Source: Squalus acanthias
Lineage: Eukaryota
Assembly (NCBI GenBank): GCA_030390025.1
Contig: JASTWF010000358.1
Location: 1-64,000, forward strand
DNA length: 64,000 nt
Direction of reading: 5' to 3'
Position numbers and translations under genes: made by a program. Below the pieces are notes generated by a model, which was given only the letters and a program-made list of their open reading frames with translations, did no database searches and was not told the origin of the DNA. Shown in pieces: positions 24,301-37,010 of the stretch; position 1 is the stretch's first letter; the number at the start of each line of letters is the position of its first letter.

Positions 24301-27300
24301 AAAGGGGTCCCTGATTCTGATACACCCTCTTTAAAAGAGGTCTATGAATGTGAGATACCCCTTTAAAAGGTGTGCATAATGGGGAGACTCTCTCTTTAAA
24401 AGGGATCACTGATGGGGAGACTCCCTCTGTAAAAGGGGTCCCTTTTGGTGAGATTTCCTTTTTAATAAATGGCCCCTTTTGCTGAGACTCCCTCTTTAAA
24501 AGGGGACCCTGACGGTGAGATTCCTCTTTAAAAGGTTTCCCTGTTGCTGCAACACCCTCTTTAAAAGTGGTAACTGATGATGAGACTCCCTTCTTAAAAG
24601 GGGTCACTGAGTGTGAAATCTCTCCTTAAAAGTGTTCCCTGATGTAGATACTCTCTCTTTAAAATGATTCCCTGATGGTGAGACTCCATCTTTAAAAGGG
24701 ATCCCTAAAGGGAGACTGACACTTTAAAAGGGGTCCCAGATGGTGCGACGCCCTCTTTAAAAGGGGTCCCTGAAGGATAGTCTCCCTCATTAAAAGTGAT
24801 CCCTGAGGGTGAGACTCTCTCTTTAAACGCGGTATCTGATGGTGAGACTTCCTCTTTAAAATGGATCCCTAATGGGGAGGCCCTCTCTTTAAAAGGGATC
24901 ACTGATGGGGAGACTCCCTCTGTAAAAGGGGTCCCTTTTGGTGAGATTTCCTTTTTTATAAACGGCCCCTTTTGCTGAGACTCCCTCTTTAAAAGGGGTG
25001 CCTGATGGTGAGACTCCCTCTTTAAAAGCTGTTCCTGATAGTTAGACTCACTAATTACAAGGAGTGCCTGCTGGGGAGACACCCTCTTTAAAAGGCGTCC
25101 CTGATGGTGAGACTCTCTCTTTAAAAGGGGCCTTGATAGAAAGACTCTCCCTTTCAAATGGGTCCCCGAGGGTGGGACTCCCTCTTTAAAATGGCGCATT
25201 GATAGAACGTCTCCCGCTTTAAAAGGGTCACTGATTGTGAGACTCCCTCTTTAAAAGGGATCCCTAATGGGGAGACTCCCTCTTTAAAAGCGGTCCCTGA
25301 TGCCAAGACTCCCTCTTTAGAAGGGGTCCCTGATGGTGAGATTCCTTGTTTCAAAGGGTTCCCTGATTCTTATACACCCTCTTTAAAAGTGGTCTATGAT
25401 GGTGAGATACCCCTTTAAAAGGGGTGCATAATGGGGAGACTCTCTCTTTAAAAGGGATCACTGATGGGGAGACTCCCTCTGTAAAAGGGGTCCCTTTTGG
25501 TGAGATTTCCTTTTTAATAAACGGCCCTTTTTGCTGAGACTCCCTCTTTAAAAGGGGTGCCTGATGGTGAGACTCCCTCTTTAAAAGCGGTCCCTGTTAG
25601 TTAGACTCACTAATTACAAGGAGTGCCTGCTGGGGAGACACCCTCTTTAAAAGGCGTCCCTGATGGTGAGACTCTCTCTTTAAAAGGGGCCTTGATAGAA
25701 AGAATCTCCCTTTCAAATGGGACCCCGAGGGTGGGACTCCCTCTTTAAAATTGCGCATTGATAGAAAGTCTCCCGCTTTAAAAGGGTCACTGATTGTGAG
25801 ACTCCCTCTTTAAAAGGGATCCCTAATGGGGAGACTCCCTCTTTAAAAGCGGTCCCTGATGCAAAGACTCCCAATTTAAAAGGGGTCCCTGATGGTGAGA
25901 TTCCTTCTTTCAAAGGGGTCCCTGATTCTGATACACCCTCTTTAAAAGAGGTCTATGATGGTGAGATACCCCTTTAAAAGGGGTGCATAATGGGGAGACT
26001 ATCTCTTTAAAAGGGATCACTGATGGGGAGACTCCCTCTGTAAAAGGGGTCCCTTTTGGTGAGATTTCCTTTTTAATAAACGGCCCCTTTTGCTGAGACT
26101 CCCTCTTTAAAAGGGGACCCTGACGGTGAGACTCCCTCTTTAAAAGTTTTCCCTGTTGCTGCAACACCCTCTTTAAAAGTGGTAACTGATGATGAGACTC
26201 CCTTCTTAAAAGGGGTCACTGAGTGTGAAACTCTCTCCTTAAAAGTGGTCCCTGATGTAGATACTCTCTCTTTAAAAGGATTCCCTGATGGTGAGACTCC
26301 ATCTTTAAAAGGGATCCCTAAAGGGAGACTGACACTTTAAAAGGGGTCCCAGATGGTGCGACGCCCTCTTTGAAAGGGGTCCCTGAAGGTTAGTCTCCCT
26401 CTTTAAAAGTGATCCCTGAGGGTGAGACTCTCTCTTTAAACGCGGTATCTGATGGTGAGACTTCCTCTTTAAAATGGATCACTAATGGGGAGGCCCTCTC
26501 TTTAAAAGGGATCACTGATGGGGAGACTCCCTCTGTAAAAGGGGTCCCTTTTGGTGAGATTTCCTTTTTAATAAACGGCCCCTTTTGCTGAGACTCCCTC
26601 TTTAAAAGGGGTGCCTGATGGTGAGACTCCCTCTTTAAAAGCGGTCCCTGTTAGTTAGACTCACTAATTACAAGGAGTGCCTGCTGGGGAGACACCCTCT
26701 TTAAAATGCGTCCCTGATGGTGAGACTCTCTCTTTAAAAGGGGCCTTGATAGAAAGACTCTCCCTTTCAAATGGGTCCCCGAGGGTGGGACTCCCTCTTT
26801 AAAATGGCGCATTGATAGAAAGTCTCCCGCTTTAAAAGGGTCACTGATTGTGAGACTCCCTCTTTAAAAGGGATCCCTAATGGGGAGACTCCCTCTTTAA
26901 AAGCGGTCCCTGATGCCAAGACTCCCAATTTAAAATGGGTCCATGATGGTGAGATTCCTTGTTTCAAAGGGGTCCCTGATTCTGATACACCCTCTTTAAA
27001 AGAGGTCTATGATGGTGAGATACCCCTTTAAAAGGGGTGCATAATGGGGAGACTCTCTCTTTAAAAGGGATCACTGATGGGGAGACTCCCTCTGTAAAAG
27101 GGGTCCCTTTTGGTGAGACTTCCTCTATAAAAGGGTCCGTAATTGGGTGACTCTCTCTTTAAAAGGTGCCCCTGATAGAAAGAACTCTTTGTTCAAAATG
27201 ATTCCCCTAGGATGAGACTCCCTCTTTAAAAGGGGTCCCTGAGTAAGGCTCTATCTTTAAAAGTGGACCCTGACGGTGATACTCATTTTAAAAGGGGTGC

Positions 27301-27829
27301 CTGATGGTGAGACTCCCTCTTTAAAACGGGTCCCTGTTAGTTAGACTCACTAATTACAAGGAGTGCCTGCTGGGGAGACACCCTCTTTAAAAGGCGTCCC
27401 TGATGGTGAGACTCTCTCTTTAAAAGGGGCCTTGATAGAAAGACTCTCCCTTTCAAATGGGTCCCCGAGGGTGGGACTCCCTCTTTAAAATGGCGCATTG
27501 ATAGAAAGTCTCCCGCTTTAAAAGGGTCACTGATTGTGAGACTCCCTCTTTAAAAGGGATCCCTAATGGGGAGACTCCCTCTTTAAAAGCGGTCCCTGAT
27601 GCCAAGACTCCCTCTTTAAAAGGGGTCCCTGAAGGTTAGTCTCCCTCTTTAAAAGTGATCCCTGAGGGTGAGACTCTCTCTTTAAAAGTGCTCCGATGCT
27701 TAGACTCTCTTTAAAAGGGCTCCCTCATAGGAAGACTCCATTTCAAAGGGATCCCTGATAGAAAGACTCTCTCTTTAAAATGGGTCCCCAGGTTGAGAAT
27801 CCCTGTTTAAAAGGGGTCACTGATGGTGT
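18311..27829 (+). repeat. 33-bp satellite, higher-order-repeat domain
   Basis: Consensus CTCCCTCTTTAAAAGGGGTCCCTGATGGTGAGA; ordered runs of variant monomers recur. Confidence 0.97.
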
Positions 27830-28362
27830 CGGGAGCGACGAGACCGGAGGTGCTGTGAGTATTTGAACTCACTTTCGCGGGCTTTTCTTTCACAGGCTGT
27901 TGTCGGGAGCGACGAGACTGGAAGCGGACCAGGTGGGAAGCACCCAGGTGAACGGCATTTAAGGAGGGTGGTGGCTTAAACCCGAGTTCCTACAGAGTAG
28001 GAACCCCCACCCGCCCTCCTCCTCTAACCTACTAGTCTTTTAGCAGTCTAAAAACAGAGGTCACAAATTTTTTGGTCTCAGTTTCTTTTCAGCAGGGCAG
28101 GAAACGGGAGGAGCGGGAAGTCGGCGTAGGACCAAGGGAACACAAGACCGGGAAGTCAGCGAAAGACCAGGGAGGTCAGACTAACTGGTAAGTACTTTCC
28201 TCAAACCTTCCTAGAAAGTAAAACTAAAACTAGTGGGATTTGGTTAGTTTAAAAAGGAATAAGAGGAGTACAGTATACATTGGTCTAAGTAAGCTTCGGG
28301 AAAACAAAAGTCAATAAATAAACTAAAACTAGAAAAGTAAAAAGTACTATAAGGGTTAAGTC

Positions 28363-29309
28363 ATGGCAGTAGAGCTCGGACCTGTGTCATGCTCCTCCTG
28401 TAACATGTGGGAAATCAGGGACGCTTCCTGTGTCCCTGACAACCATGTGTGCGGGAAGTGTGTCCAGCTGCAGCTCATGTGGGACCGCATGACGGCCCTT
28501 GAGCTGCGGATGGACTCACTTTGGAGCATCCACGATTCTGAGAGGGTTGTGGATAGCACATTTAGTGAGTTGGTCACACCGCAGGTTAAGGCCAGCGTAG
28601 ATAGTACATGGGTGACCAAAAGGCAGAGCAAGGGCAGGAAGGTAGTGCAGAAATCCCCTGGGGTTGTCTCCCTTAGCAACAGGTTCACCGCCTTAGGTGC
28701 TGTTGTCGGGGGGGATGACTCATCGGGGGAAGGCACCAGCAGCCAGGCTCATGGCACCATGACTGGCTCTGTTGCAAAGAAGGGAGGGAAAAAGAGTGGC
28801 AGGGCTATAGTAATAGGGGATTCGATTGTAAGGGGAATAGATAGGGGTTTCTGTGGTCGCGACCGAGACTCCAGGATGGTATGTTGCCTCCCTGGTGCAA
28901 GGGTCAAGGATGTCTCGGCGCGGGTGCAGAACATTCTGGAGGGGGAGGGGGAACAGCCAGTTGTCGTGATACATGTTGGTACCAACGACGTAGCTAAAAA
29001 AAGGAAGAGGTCCTACAAGTAGAATTTAGGGAGTTAGGAACCAAGCTAAAAAGTAGGACCTCGAAGGTAGTAATCTCTGGATTACTACCAGTGCCACGTG
29101 CTAGTAAGAGTACAGAGAACAGGATAGTTAGGCTAAATACGTGGCTTGAGCAGTGGTGTAAGAGGGAGGGTTTTAAATTTTTGAGGCATTGGAACCAGTT
29201 TTGTGGTAGGTGTGACCTATACAAAAGGGACGGTCTACACCTGTGCAAAGATGGAACTGATGTTCTCGGGGTAATTTTTGATAAAGCAGTTCGGGAGCAT
29301 TTAAACTAG
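28363..29309 (+). CDS. CR1 ORF1p (Zn finger, coiled coil, SGNH esterase), with one frameshift in the A7 run at 28996-29002
   Basis: CSSC...[22 protein letters not shown] and DGLHL motifs. Adding one A joins the 219-aa ORF to the frame containing the 72-aa ORF. Confidence 0.9.
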
Positions 29310-32252
29310 TATGGCAGGGGGCTAGAAACCTATGTAGTGAAATAGAGGAAAGTGAAAGGCAGACAGAAATAAATGGTAAAAGGGTGAGGAACAAAAAACA
29401 AAGTGCCAAACTAATTCATAAAAAATGTGAGCATAAAAAAAGCCTGAGGGTTTTATACCTTAATGCGAGAAGCATCAGGAACAAGGTAGATGAATTAGCC
29501 GTGGAAATAGAGGTTAATAATTATGATCTAATTGGGATTACGGAAACATGGTTGCAGGGTGAGCAGGGCTGGGAGCTTAACATACAGGGGTATTCAGTAT
29601 TTAGGAAGGATCGACAAAAAAGAAAGGGAGGGGGGGTAGCATTGCTGGTAAAAGAGGGGATAAATGCAATTGAAAGGAAGGATATTAACTCAGTTAATAC
29701 AGAATCTATATGGGTGGAGCTAAGAAATAGCGAGGGGCGAAAAACATTAATAGGAGTGGTATATAGGCCTCCAAATAGTAAAATAGAGGTTGGGGAGGGC
29801 ATCACGAGGGAAATTAGAGAAGCGTGCAATAAGAGCACAGCTGTCATCATAGGTGACTTTAACTTACATATAGATTGGACTAGCCTAATCAGTAAAAATA
29901 ATGAGGAGGAGGAATTCCTTGAGTGTTTAAGGGATGGTTATCTGGATCAATATGTCGAGGAACCAACTCGGGAACAGGCTATATTGGACTGGGTACTGTG
30001 CAATGAGAAGGGACTAATTAGTAATCTTGTTGTACGGGGACCCTTGGGTCAGAGCGATCATAACATGATCGATTTCTCACTCGAAATGGAGAGCGAAGAA
30101 ATTGACTCAGAGACTAAGGTCCTGAATTTAAACAAGGGGAATTATGATGCCATTAGACGGGAACTGAGTAGGTCTGATTGGACAACGTTCCTGGGAGGAC
30201 TGGAGGTAGATAAACAATGGCAAGCATTTAAAGATAGAATGACAAAATTGCAAAAATTGTTTATACCAATCTGGCATAAAAGGAAATCTAAAAAGGTGAC
30301 TCAACCGTGGATAACAGGGGAAATTAGAGACAGCATAAAATCCAAAGATAGGGCGTATAAAATAGCCAAAAAAAGCGCCAGAGCGGAAGATTGGGAACAG
30401 TTTAAGATAGAGCAAAGGAGGACAAAGGGCTTAATCAAGAGGGGCAAAATAGCTTATGAAAGCAAGCTGGCGGAAAATATAAAAACTAACTCCAAAAGCT
30501 TTTATAAGTATATCAAGAGGAAAAGACTGGTGAAAACCAAAGTTGGTCCATTGCAGTCAGATACGGGGGAATATATAACGGGAAATAAGGAAATGGCAGA
30601 TCAACTAAATGCATACTTTGGGTCAGTCTTTACGAAGGAAGACACAAAAAACCTCCCTGGGATATCGGGAAAAATAGGGACATTGGCAAAGGAGGAACTG
30701 ACGCAAATCAATATCTCTAAGGATATGGTGTTAAGGAAGCTAAAGGGATTGAAGGCGGACAAATCCCCAGGGCCTGATAACATGCATCCTAGGGTACTGA
30801 AGGAGGTGGCCCTAGAGATAGCGGATGCACTAAGTATGATTTTTCAGAATTCATTAGACTCGGGAACAGTGCCCATGGATTGGAGGGTAGCTAACGTTAC
30901 CCCACTATTCAAAAAGGGGGGTAGGGAAAAAGCAGGTAATTACAGACCTGTAAGCCTTACATCAGTTGTGGGCAAAATGCTGGAGTCCATCATTAAGGAT
31001 GAAATAGCGGAGCACTTAGCAAATGGGGACAGGATAGGACAGAGTCAACATGGATTTACAAAGGGTAAATCGTGCTTGACTAATCTATTGGAATTTTTTG
31101 AGGGAGTAACTGGTAAAATAGATGGGGGAGAGCCAGTAGATGTGGTGTACCTGGACTTCCAAAAGGCCTTCGATAAGGTCCCACATAAAAGATTAGCATG
31201 GAAAATTGAAGCTCATGGGATAAAGGGGAAAGTATTGACGTGGATAGAGAACTGGCTGTCAGATAGAAAACAGAGAGTTGGAATAAACGGCTCATTTTCT
31301 GAATGGCAGGCAGTAACAAGTGGGGTACCACAGGGATCTGTCCTGGGTCCCCAGCTGTTCACAATTTACATTAATGACCTGGATCAGGGAGTCGGATGCA
31401 GCATTTCCAAATTTGCAGACGACACTAAACTAGGAGGGGGGGGTGGGCTCAGAGGAGGAGACCAGGAAGCTCCAGAGCGATTTGGACAGACTGGGTGATT
31501 GGGCGGATAAATGGCAGATGCACTATAATGTGGACAAGTGCGAAGTTATCCACCTTGGGTGCAGGAACGGGAGGGCAAATTATTATTTAAATGGCAATAA
31601 ATTGGGAGAGGGGGAAGTACAGAGAGACCTGGGTGTTCTTGTACACCAGTCACTGAAGGCGAGCATGCAGGTGCAACAGGCGGTCAAGAAGGCAAACGGT
31701 ATGCTGGCCTTCATAGCAAAAGGGTTGGAATACAGGAACAGGGATACCTTGCTGCAGCTGTACAGGGCACTGGTGAGACCACACCTCGAGTACTGTGTAC
31801 AGTTTTGGTCGCCTCATCTGAGGAAAGATGTTCTTGCCATGGAGGGGGTGCAGCTGCGATTCACCAGGCTGATACCAGGAATGGCGGGATTGACCTATGA
31901 GGAGAGACTATGTAGTTTAGGGATGTACACACTGGAGTTTAGAAGATTGAGAGGGGACCTCATAGAAGTGTATAAAATTCTGACAGGTCTAGACAGACTA
32001 GATGCAGAAGGAATGTTTCCCTTGGCGGGTGAGAACAGAACTAGAGGACATAATTTAAGGATAAGGGCTAAACCATTTAGGACAGAAATGAGGGGGAATT
32101 TCTTCACTCAGAGGGTGGTGAACCTGTGGAACTCATTGCCACAGAGGGCAGTGTACGCCAGCTCATTAAATATATTTAAGAGGGAATTAGATATATTTCT
32201 ACAGGCAAAAGGGGTTAAGGGTTACGGAGAGAAGGCGGGGATGGGATACTGA
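29300..32252 (+). CDS. CR1 ORF2p (APE endonuclease + reverse transcriptase), with one frameshift in the G8 run at 31436-31443
   Basis: [53 protein letters not shown]. The frame is open from the ORF1 overlap. Confidence 0.95.
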
Positions 32253-32352
32253 ATTGGAGGATCAGCCATGATCTCATTAAATGGCAGAGCAGGCTCGAAG
32301 GGCCGGATGGCCTACTCCTGCTCCTATCTTCTATGTATCTATGTATCTATGT

Positions 32353-35300
32353 GACTCCCTCTTTAAAAGGGTTCCGGATGGTGAGACTCCCTCTTTAAAA
32401 GGGGTCCCTAATGGTGAAACTCTCACTTTAAAAGGGCCCCTGATGGTGAGACTCCCTCTTTAAAATGGGTACCTGATGGTGTGACGCACTTTTTAAAAGG
32501 GGTCCCTGATGTTTAGACTCTCTCTTTAAAAGGGGTCCCTGATGGTGTGACTCCCTCTTTAAAAGGGTTCCGGATGGTGAGTCTCCCTCTTTAAAAGGGG
32601 TCCCTAATGGTGAAACTCTCACTTTGAAAGGTTCCCTGATGGTGAGACACCCTCTTTAAATGTTTCCCTGATGTAGAGACTCCCTTTTTAAAAGTGGTCC
32701 CTGATGGAGAGAGTCCCTCTTTAAAAGGGCTCTCTGATAGAAAGACTCCCTCCTTAAAAGTGACTCTGATGGTGAGACTCTCTCTTTAAAAGGGATCCCG
32801 ATTGGGGAGACTCTCTCTTTAAAAGGGGTCCCTGATGGTGCAACACCCTCTTTAAAAGGGTTTCCTGATTTTGCGACTCACTCATTAGAAGGGGTCCCTG
32901 ATGGCAAGACTCTCTCTTTAATATGGGTCCCTGATGGTGAGACTCCATCTTTAATAGGAGTTTCTGATGATGAAACATCATCTTTAAAAGGGGTCCCTGA
33001 TGGTGAGACTCCCTCTTTAAAAGGGGTCCCTAATGGGTAGACGCTCTTTGAAAGGGGTTCCTGATAGAAAAACTCCCTCTTTAAAAGGGGTCCCTGATAG
33101 AAAGACTCTCTCTTTAAAATTGATCCCTGATGGTGAGACTCTCTCTTTAAAAGCGGTCCCTGATAGTGAGACTCCATCTTTAAAAGGGGTCCCTGATGTT
33201 TAGATTCTCTCTTTAAAAGGGGTCCCTGATGGTGAGACTTCCTCTTTAAAAGGGTTCCCTGATGGTTAGACTCTCTCTTTAAAAGGTGGTCCCTCATGGT
33301 GAGACTCCCTCTTTAAAAGGGGTCCCTGATGGGTGTGGGGGGGGGGACACCCTCCTTAAAAGGTGTCCCTGATGTAGAGACTCCCTCTTTAAAAAGTGTC
33401 CGATAGAAAGACTCCCTCTTTAAAAGGGGTCCCTAATTGTAAGACTCCGGCATTAAAAGGGATCCCTAATGGGGAGACTCTCTCTTTAAAAGGGGCCCCT
33501 GATGGTGAGTCTCACTCTTTAAAAGGACTCCCTGATGGTAAGACACTCTTTAAAATGGGTCCCTGATAGAAAGACTCCCTCTTTAAAATGGGTCCCTGAT
33601 AGAAAGACTCCCTCTTTAAAAGGGGTCCCCGAGGGTGAGACTCACTGTTTAAAAGGGCTCCCAGATGGTGTGACTCCCTCTTTAAAATGATCGGTGATGG
33701 TGAGACTCCCTCTTTAAAAGGGGTCCCTGATGGTGAGACTATCTCTTTAAAAGGCATCCCTGATGGTGAGACTTCCTCTTTAAAATGGGTCCCTGATGGT
33801 TAGACTCTCTCTTTAAAAGGGGCCCATAATGGGGAGCCTCTTTCTTTAAAAGGAGTCCACGACGCTGATACTCTCTCTTTAAAAGGGGTCGCAGATGTTT
33901 AGACTTTCTCTCTTTAAAAGGGGTCCCTGCTGGTGTGACGCACACTTTAAAAGAGGTCCCTTATGGGGAGACTCCATTTTTAAAATGTCTCCCTGATAGA
34001 AAGACTCCCTCTTTAAAAGGGTCTCTGATGGTGAGACTCTCTCTTTTAAAGGGGTCCCCGATAGATAGACTCTCTTTTTAACATGGGCCCTCGAGGGTGA
34101 GACACCCTCTTTAAAAGGGGTCCCTGATGGTGAGACTCCCTCTTTAAAAGGGGTCCCTGATAGAAAAACTCTCTCTTTAAAAGGGATCCCGGCTGGAGAG
34201 TCTCACTGTTAAAAGGGGATCCCTGATTTTGAGACACACTCTTTAAAAGGGCTCCGATAGAAAGACTCCCTCTTTAAAAAGGTCTCTGATGGTGAGACTC
34301 CATCTTTAAAAGGGCTCCCTGATAGAAGGACTCCCTCTTGAAAAGGATCCCGTTGGTGAGACTCACTATTTAAAGGGGATCCCTGATGGCGAGATTCTCT
34401 CTTTAAAAGTGGTCCCTGATTTAAGACTCTGTCTTTAAAAGGTGTCCCTGATGATGAAACTCCCTCTTTAAGAGGGGTCCCTAATGGGGAGACACTCTCT
34501 TTATAAGTGTTACCCGAGGGTGAGACTCTCTCTTTAAAATGTCTCCCCGAAGGTGAGATTCCATGTTTAAAAGGAGTCCATGATGTTGTGACTCCCTCTT
34601 TAAAATGGGCCGCTTATATAAAGACGCCCTCTTTAAAAGGGGTCCCTGATGGTGAGGCTCACTCTTTATAAGGGGTCCCTTATGGTGAGACTCCGTCTTT
34701 AAAATTTGGCCCTGATGGTGAGACTCCCTCTTTAAAAGGGGTCCCGGATGGGGAGACTCACTCTTTCAAATGGTTCCCTGATGGGGATGCACCCTCTTTA
34801 AAAGGTGTCCCTAATGGAGACATTCCCTCTTTAAAAGGGGTCCCTTATTTTGAAACTCTTTCTTTAAAATGGATCCCTGATGGTGAGACTAAATCTTTAA
34901 AAGGGCTCCCTGATTGAGAGACTACCTCTTTATAAGGGATCCCTGCTGGTGAGACACACTCTTTAAAAGGGATCACTGATGGTGAGACTCAATCTTTAAA
35001 AGGGCTCCCTGATAGAAAGACACCTTCTTTGAAAGGGTCTCTGATGGTGAGACTCCCTCTTTAAAATCGGTCCCTGATGGTGACACTCCCTGTTTAAAAG
35101 GGGTCCCTGATGGTGAGACTGTCGCTTTAAAAGGGGCCTCTGATGGTGAGACTCCGTCTTTAAAAGGGGTCCCTGATATTGAGACTCCCTCTTTAGAAGG
35201 GGTCCCTGATGGTAAGACACTCTCTTTAAAAGGTGTACCTAATAGGAAGTTTCTCTTTAAAAGGGGTCCCTGATAGATCGACTCCCTCTTTTAAAAGGGG

Positions 35301-37010
35301 TCCTTGATAGAAAGTCTCTCTCGTTAAAAGGCATCCCTGCTGGTGAGACACAACTTTTAAAGGTTTCCCTGATAGAAAGACTCCCTCTTTAATAGGGTCT
35401 CTGATGGTGAGACTCTCTCTTTAATAGGAGTCCCTGATGCTGAAAGACCCTCTTTAGAAGGGGTACCTGATGGTGAATCACCCTCTTCAAAAGGGGTTCC
35501 TTTGGTAAGACTCTCTTTAAAAGGGCTCCCTGATAGAAAGACTCTCTCACAAAAGGGGTCTCTGATGGCGAGAGACCCTTTTAAAAGTGATCCCTTATGG
35601 TGAGACTTCCTTTTTAAAAGTGTCCCCTGATGGTGAGACAACCTCTTTAAAAGGGTGCCCTGACGGTGAGACTCTCATTAAAAGAAATCCCTGATGGTGA
35701 GAGTCCCTCTTTGAAATGGGAGCCTGACTGTGAGAATCTCTCTTTAAAATGGGTCCCTGTTAGAAAGACTCTCTGCTAAAATTGGTCCCCGAGGTTTAGA
35801 CTCTCTCTTTAAAAGAGACCCCGATATAAAGACGCCCTCTTTAAAAGGGGTCCCTGATGTTGCGACTCCCTCTTTAAAAGTGGCCGCTGATTTTGAGACT
35901 CCCTCTTTAAAAGTGGCCGCTGATGTTGAGACTCCCTCTTTAAAAGTGGCCGCTCATGTTGAGACTCCCTCTTTAAAAGGTGCCTCTGATGGTGAGACTC
36001 CGTCTTTAAAAGGGGTCCCTGATGGTAAGACAATCTCTTTAAAAGGTGTCCCTAATAGGAAGATTCTCTTTAAAAGGGGTCCCTGATAGATAGACTCCCT
36101 CTTTAAAAGGGCTCGATAGAAAGTCTCTCTCTGTAAAAGGCATCTCTGATGGTGAGACACAACTTTAGAAGGTCTCTGATGGTGAAGCTCTCTCTTTAAT
36201 AGGAGTCCCTGATGCTGAAAGACCCTCTTTAGAAGGGGTACCTGATGGTGAATCACCCTCTTTAAAAGGGGTTCCTTTGGTAAGACTCCATTTAAAAGGG
36301 CTCCCTGATAGAGACTCCCTCATTAAAAGGGTCTCTGATGGTGAGACTCCGTCTTTAAATGGGATCCCGAATGGTGAGACTCTCTCAGAAAAGGGGTCCC
36401 TGACGGTGAGACTCCCTTTTTAAAAGGGTCCCCTGATGGTGAGACTCCCTCTTTAAAAGGGTACCCTGACGGTGAGACTCTCTTTAAAAGAAATCCCTGA
36501 TGGTGAGAGTCCCTCTTTAAAAGGGGTCCCTTTTGGTGAGACTCCCTCTTTTAAAGGGGATACTGACTGTGAGAATCTCTCTTATAATGGGTCCCTGTTA
36601 GAAAGACTCTCTGTTTAAAATTGATCCCCGAGGGTTAGACTCTCTCTTTAAAAGGGACCCCTGATATAAAGACGCCCTCTTTAAAAGGGGTCCCTGATAG
36701 ATAGACTCTCTCTTTAAAATGGGTCCACGAGGGTGAGACTACCTCTTTAAAAGGGGTTCCTGATGGTGAGAATCCCTCATTAAAAGGGGTCCCTGATGGT
36801 GAGGCTCACTCTTTATAAGGGGTCCCTTATGGTGAGAATCCGACTTTAAAAGTGTTAACTGAGTGTTAGACTCGCTCTTTAAAAGGGATCCCTGATGTTG
36901 TGACTCCCTCTATAAAAGGGGCCCCTGATGGTGAGGCTCCCTCTTTAAAATGTGACCCTGACCGTGAGACCCTCTTTAAAGGGGTCCCTGATGGTGATAG
37001 TCCCTCTTTA
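32353..37010 (+). repeat. 33-bp satellite, diverged monomeric domain
   Basis: Same consensus with more heterogeneous monomers. Confidence 0.96.

Larger units (their letters stand above)
27830..32352 (+). mobile_element. Near full-length young CR1-clade LINE inserted in the satellite
   Basis: 5'UTR with duplicated GTCGGGAGCGACGAGAC, ORF1, ORF2, 3' GAGCAGG...CCTGCTC hairpin and (TCTATGTA)n tail. It splits a GATGGTGT|GACTCCC monomer without a clear TSD. Confidence 0.95.

Noticed and set aside
33331..33347. G-run inside the satellite
   Set aside because: A single low-complexity blemish, possibly a sequencing artefact, with no supporting structure.
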